From positions 1 through 43,483 of IMG/VR virus record IMGVR_UViG_3300010376_000063: a DNA stretch of 43,483 bases; one strand, 5' to 3'. Numbering within the stretch: position 1 is the stretch's first letter; every line of letters begins with the position of its first letter. Position numbers and translations under genes: made by a program. Source of the stretch: a virus (Duplodnaviria; Caudoviricetes). This document shows positions 42,858-43,483 of this stretch, piece after piece. The notes under the pieces were generated by a model that saw nothing but the letters and a program-made list of their open reading frames with translations, had not been told where the DNA came from and ran no database searches.

Positions 42858-43483
42858 TAGACCAAATATCCTCCGTGTGGTCCGATGGTACCAGCTGCGG
42901 TACCAGGAATGGTGTTACCAGCACTGACGATGCTGGAGTTGTAATCGACGTAGACTTGGTTACCGGTGACGAAGCCACCATTGGCGAAGTTGATGCTCGG
43001 CGACATGATAACGCTGGAGTTGTAGACAGCTTCAATAAACGTGCCAATGTTCATCGTTGTATTGAAGCCAACAGTTGTAGGATTAAAGCTGACGTAGCCA
43101 GAGCCATGGACGTACAAGTGAATGGTGGAACCACCATAAACATCGTAGAAGCCTGCGATGTTCAACGTCGCATTCTCATACACCTCCATATGCGGGCCGT
43201 TAATTGGGCCAAAGCTGCAAGCATTTAGGTTGCAGACACCGCCGTTGGCAGTGTAGATACCGGTACCAGCGGCAGCGGCAGTAGTAATAAAGAGGTTCTT
43301 TAGACCAACAATGGCCCCATTTATGATTTGGAAGATTTGGCTGTTAGCCGAGCCAGTGACCTGAATCCCTGGAGGTGAGATTGGCCCATCACCAACAACA
43401 GTGATTGAATGATTGAACTTAAGCCCATCGATGATGATGCCTGAGGTCGGGAAGCTCATACCAGCTTCTGGCATAATAGTAAC
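42857..43483 (-). CDS. Beta-helix (pectin-lyase-like) tail fibre/spike C-terminal part; 5' end probably outside the window
   Basis: G/N/I/T-rich beta repeats; the frame stays open to the window end (GTT ACT ATT ATG). Confidence 0.65.
   Translation of the reverse strand, partial: VTIMPEAGMSFPTSGIIIDGLKFNHSITVVGDGPISPPGIQVTGSANSQIFQIINGAIVGLKNLFITTAAAAGTGIYTANGGVCNLNACSFGPINGPHMEVYENATLNIAGFYDVYGGSTIHLYVHGSGYVSFNPTTVGFNTTMNIGTFIEAVYNSSVIMSPSINFANGGFVTGNQVYVDYNSSIVSAGNTIPGTAAGTIGPHGGYLV

Noticed and set aside
5583-43474. Shared MPE N-terminus on several late proteins
   Set aside because: Only three residues, and the 43474 Met is probably internal to a truncated gene.
1-43483. Diversity-generating retroelement, expected from BPP-1 similarity
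   Set aside because: No reverse transcriptase motifs and no TR/VR repeat pair seen.
1-43483. Stop-codon recoding, suggested by abundant TAG/CTAG
   Set aside because: Core genes are intact in the standard code, and some (e.g. the scaffold) end in TAG.

Overview
Nearly complete, circularly permuted genome of a podovirus with Bordetella phage BPP-1-like head genes and T7-like tail and ejection genes. The host is probably an alphaproteobacterium, judging from GAAC-N7-GAAC LexA-type boxes. There are three main transcription units. (1) A leftward late unit starts at a perfect sigma70 promoter at 8183-8211 and runs terS-like, an inserted muramidase cassette, terL, portal, scaffold, then the major capsid gene, which is cut at position 1. 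It presumably continues from the right end of the window: truncated beta-helix fibre, small genes including two tandem Acb2/Tad1-like hairpin proteins, tail tubular A/B, four internal virion proteins, amidase endolysin, holin. (2) A leftward block of small early genes spans 9454-14143. (3) A rightward unit (14586-27273) encodes a UvrD helicase, Cas4-like nuclease, Sak4-like ATPase, SSB, a family A DNA polymerase split into UDG+Exo(I/II) and Exo(III)+Pol genes with a LAGLIDADG-like ORF between them, and a DUF3987-type ATPase. No RNA polymerase, primase, integrase, repressor, RT/DGR, tRNA or CRISPR was recognised. The most unusual features are the split His762 polymerase with no primase, a ~300-bp dyad centred at 9179 (candidate origin), phased LexA-box arrays, tandem candidate anti-defence sponges, a double HiPIP-like protein, a shared C-terminal aromatic-x-R-R-hydrophobic motif, and strong CTNAG/CTTAAG enrichment. 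All family assignments come from motif recognition by eye, not database searches.
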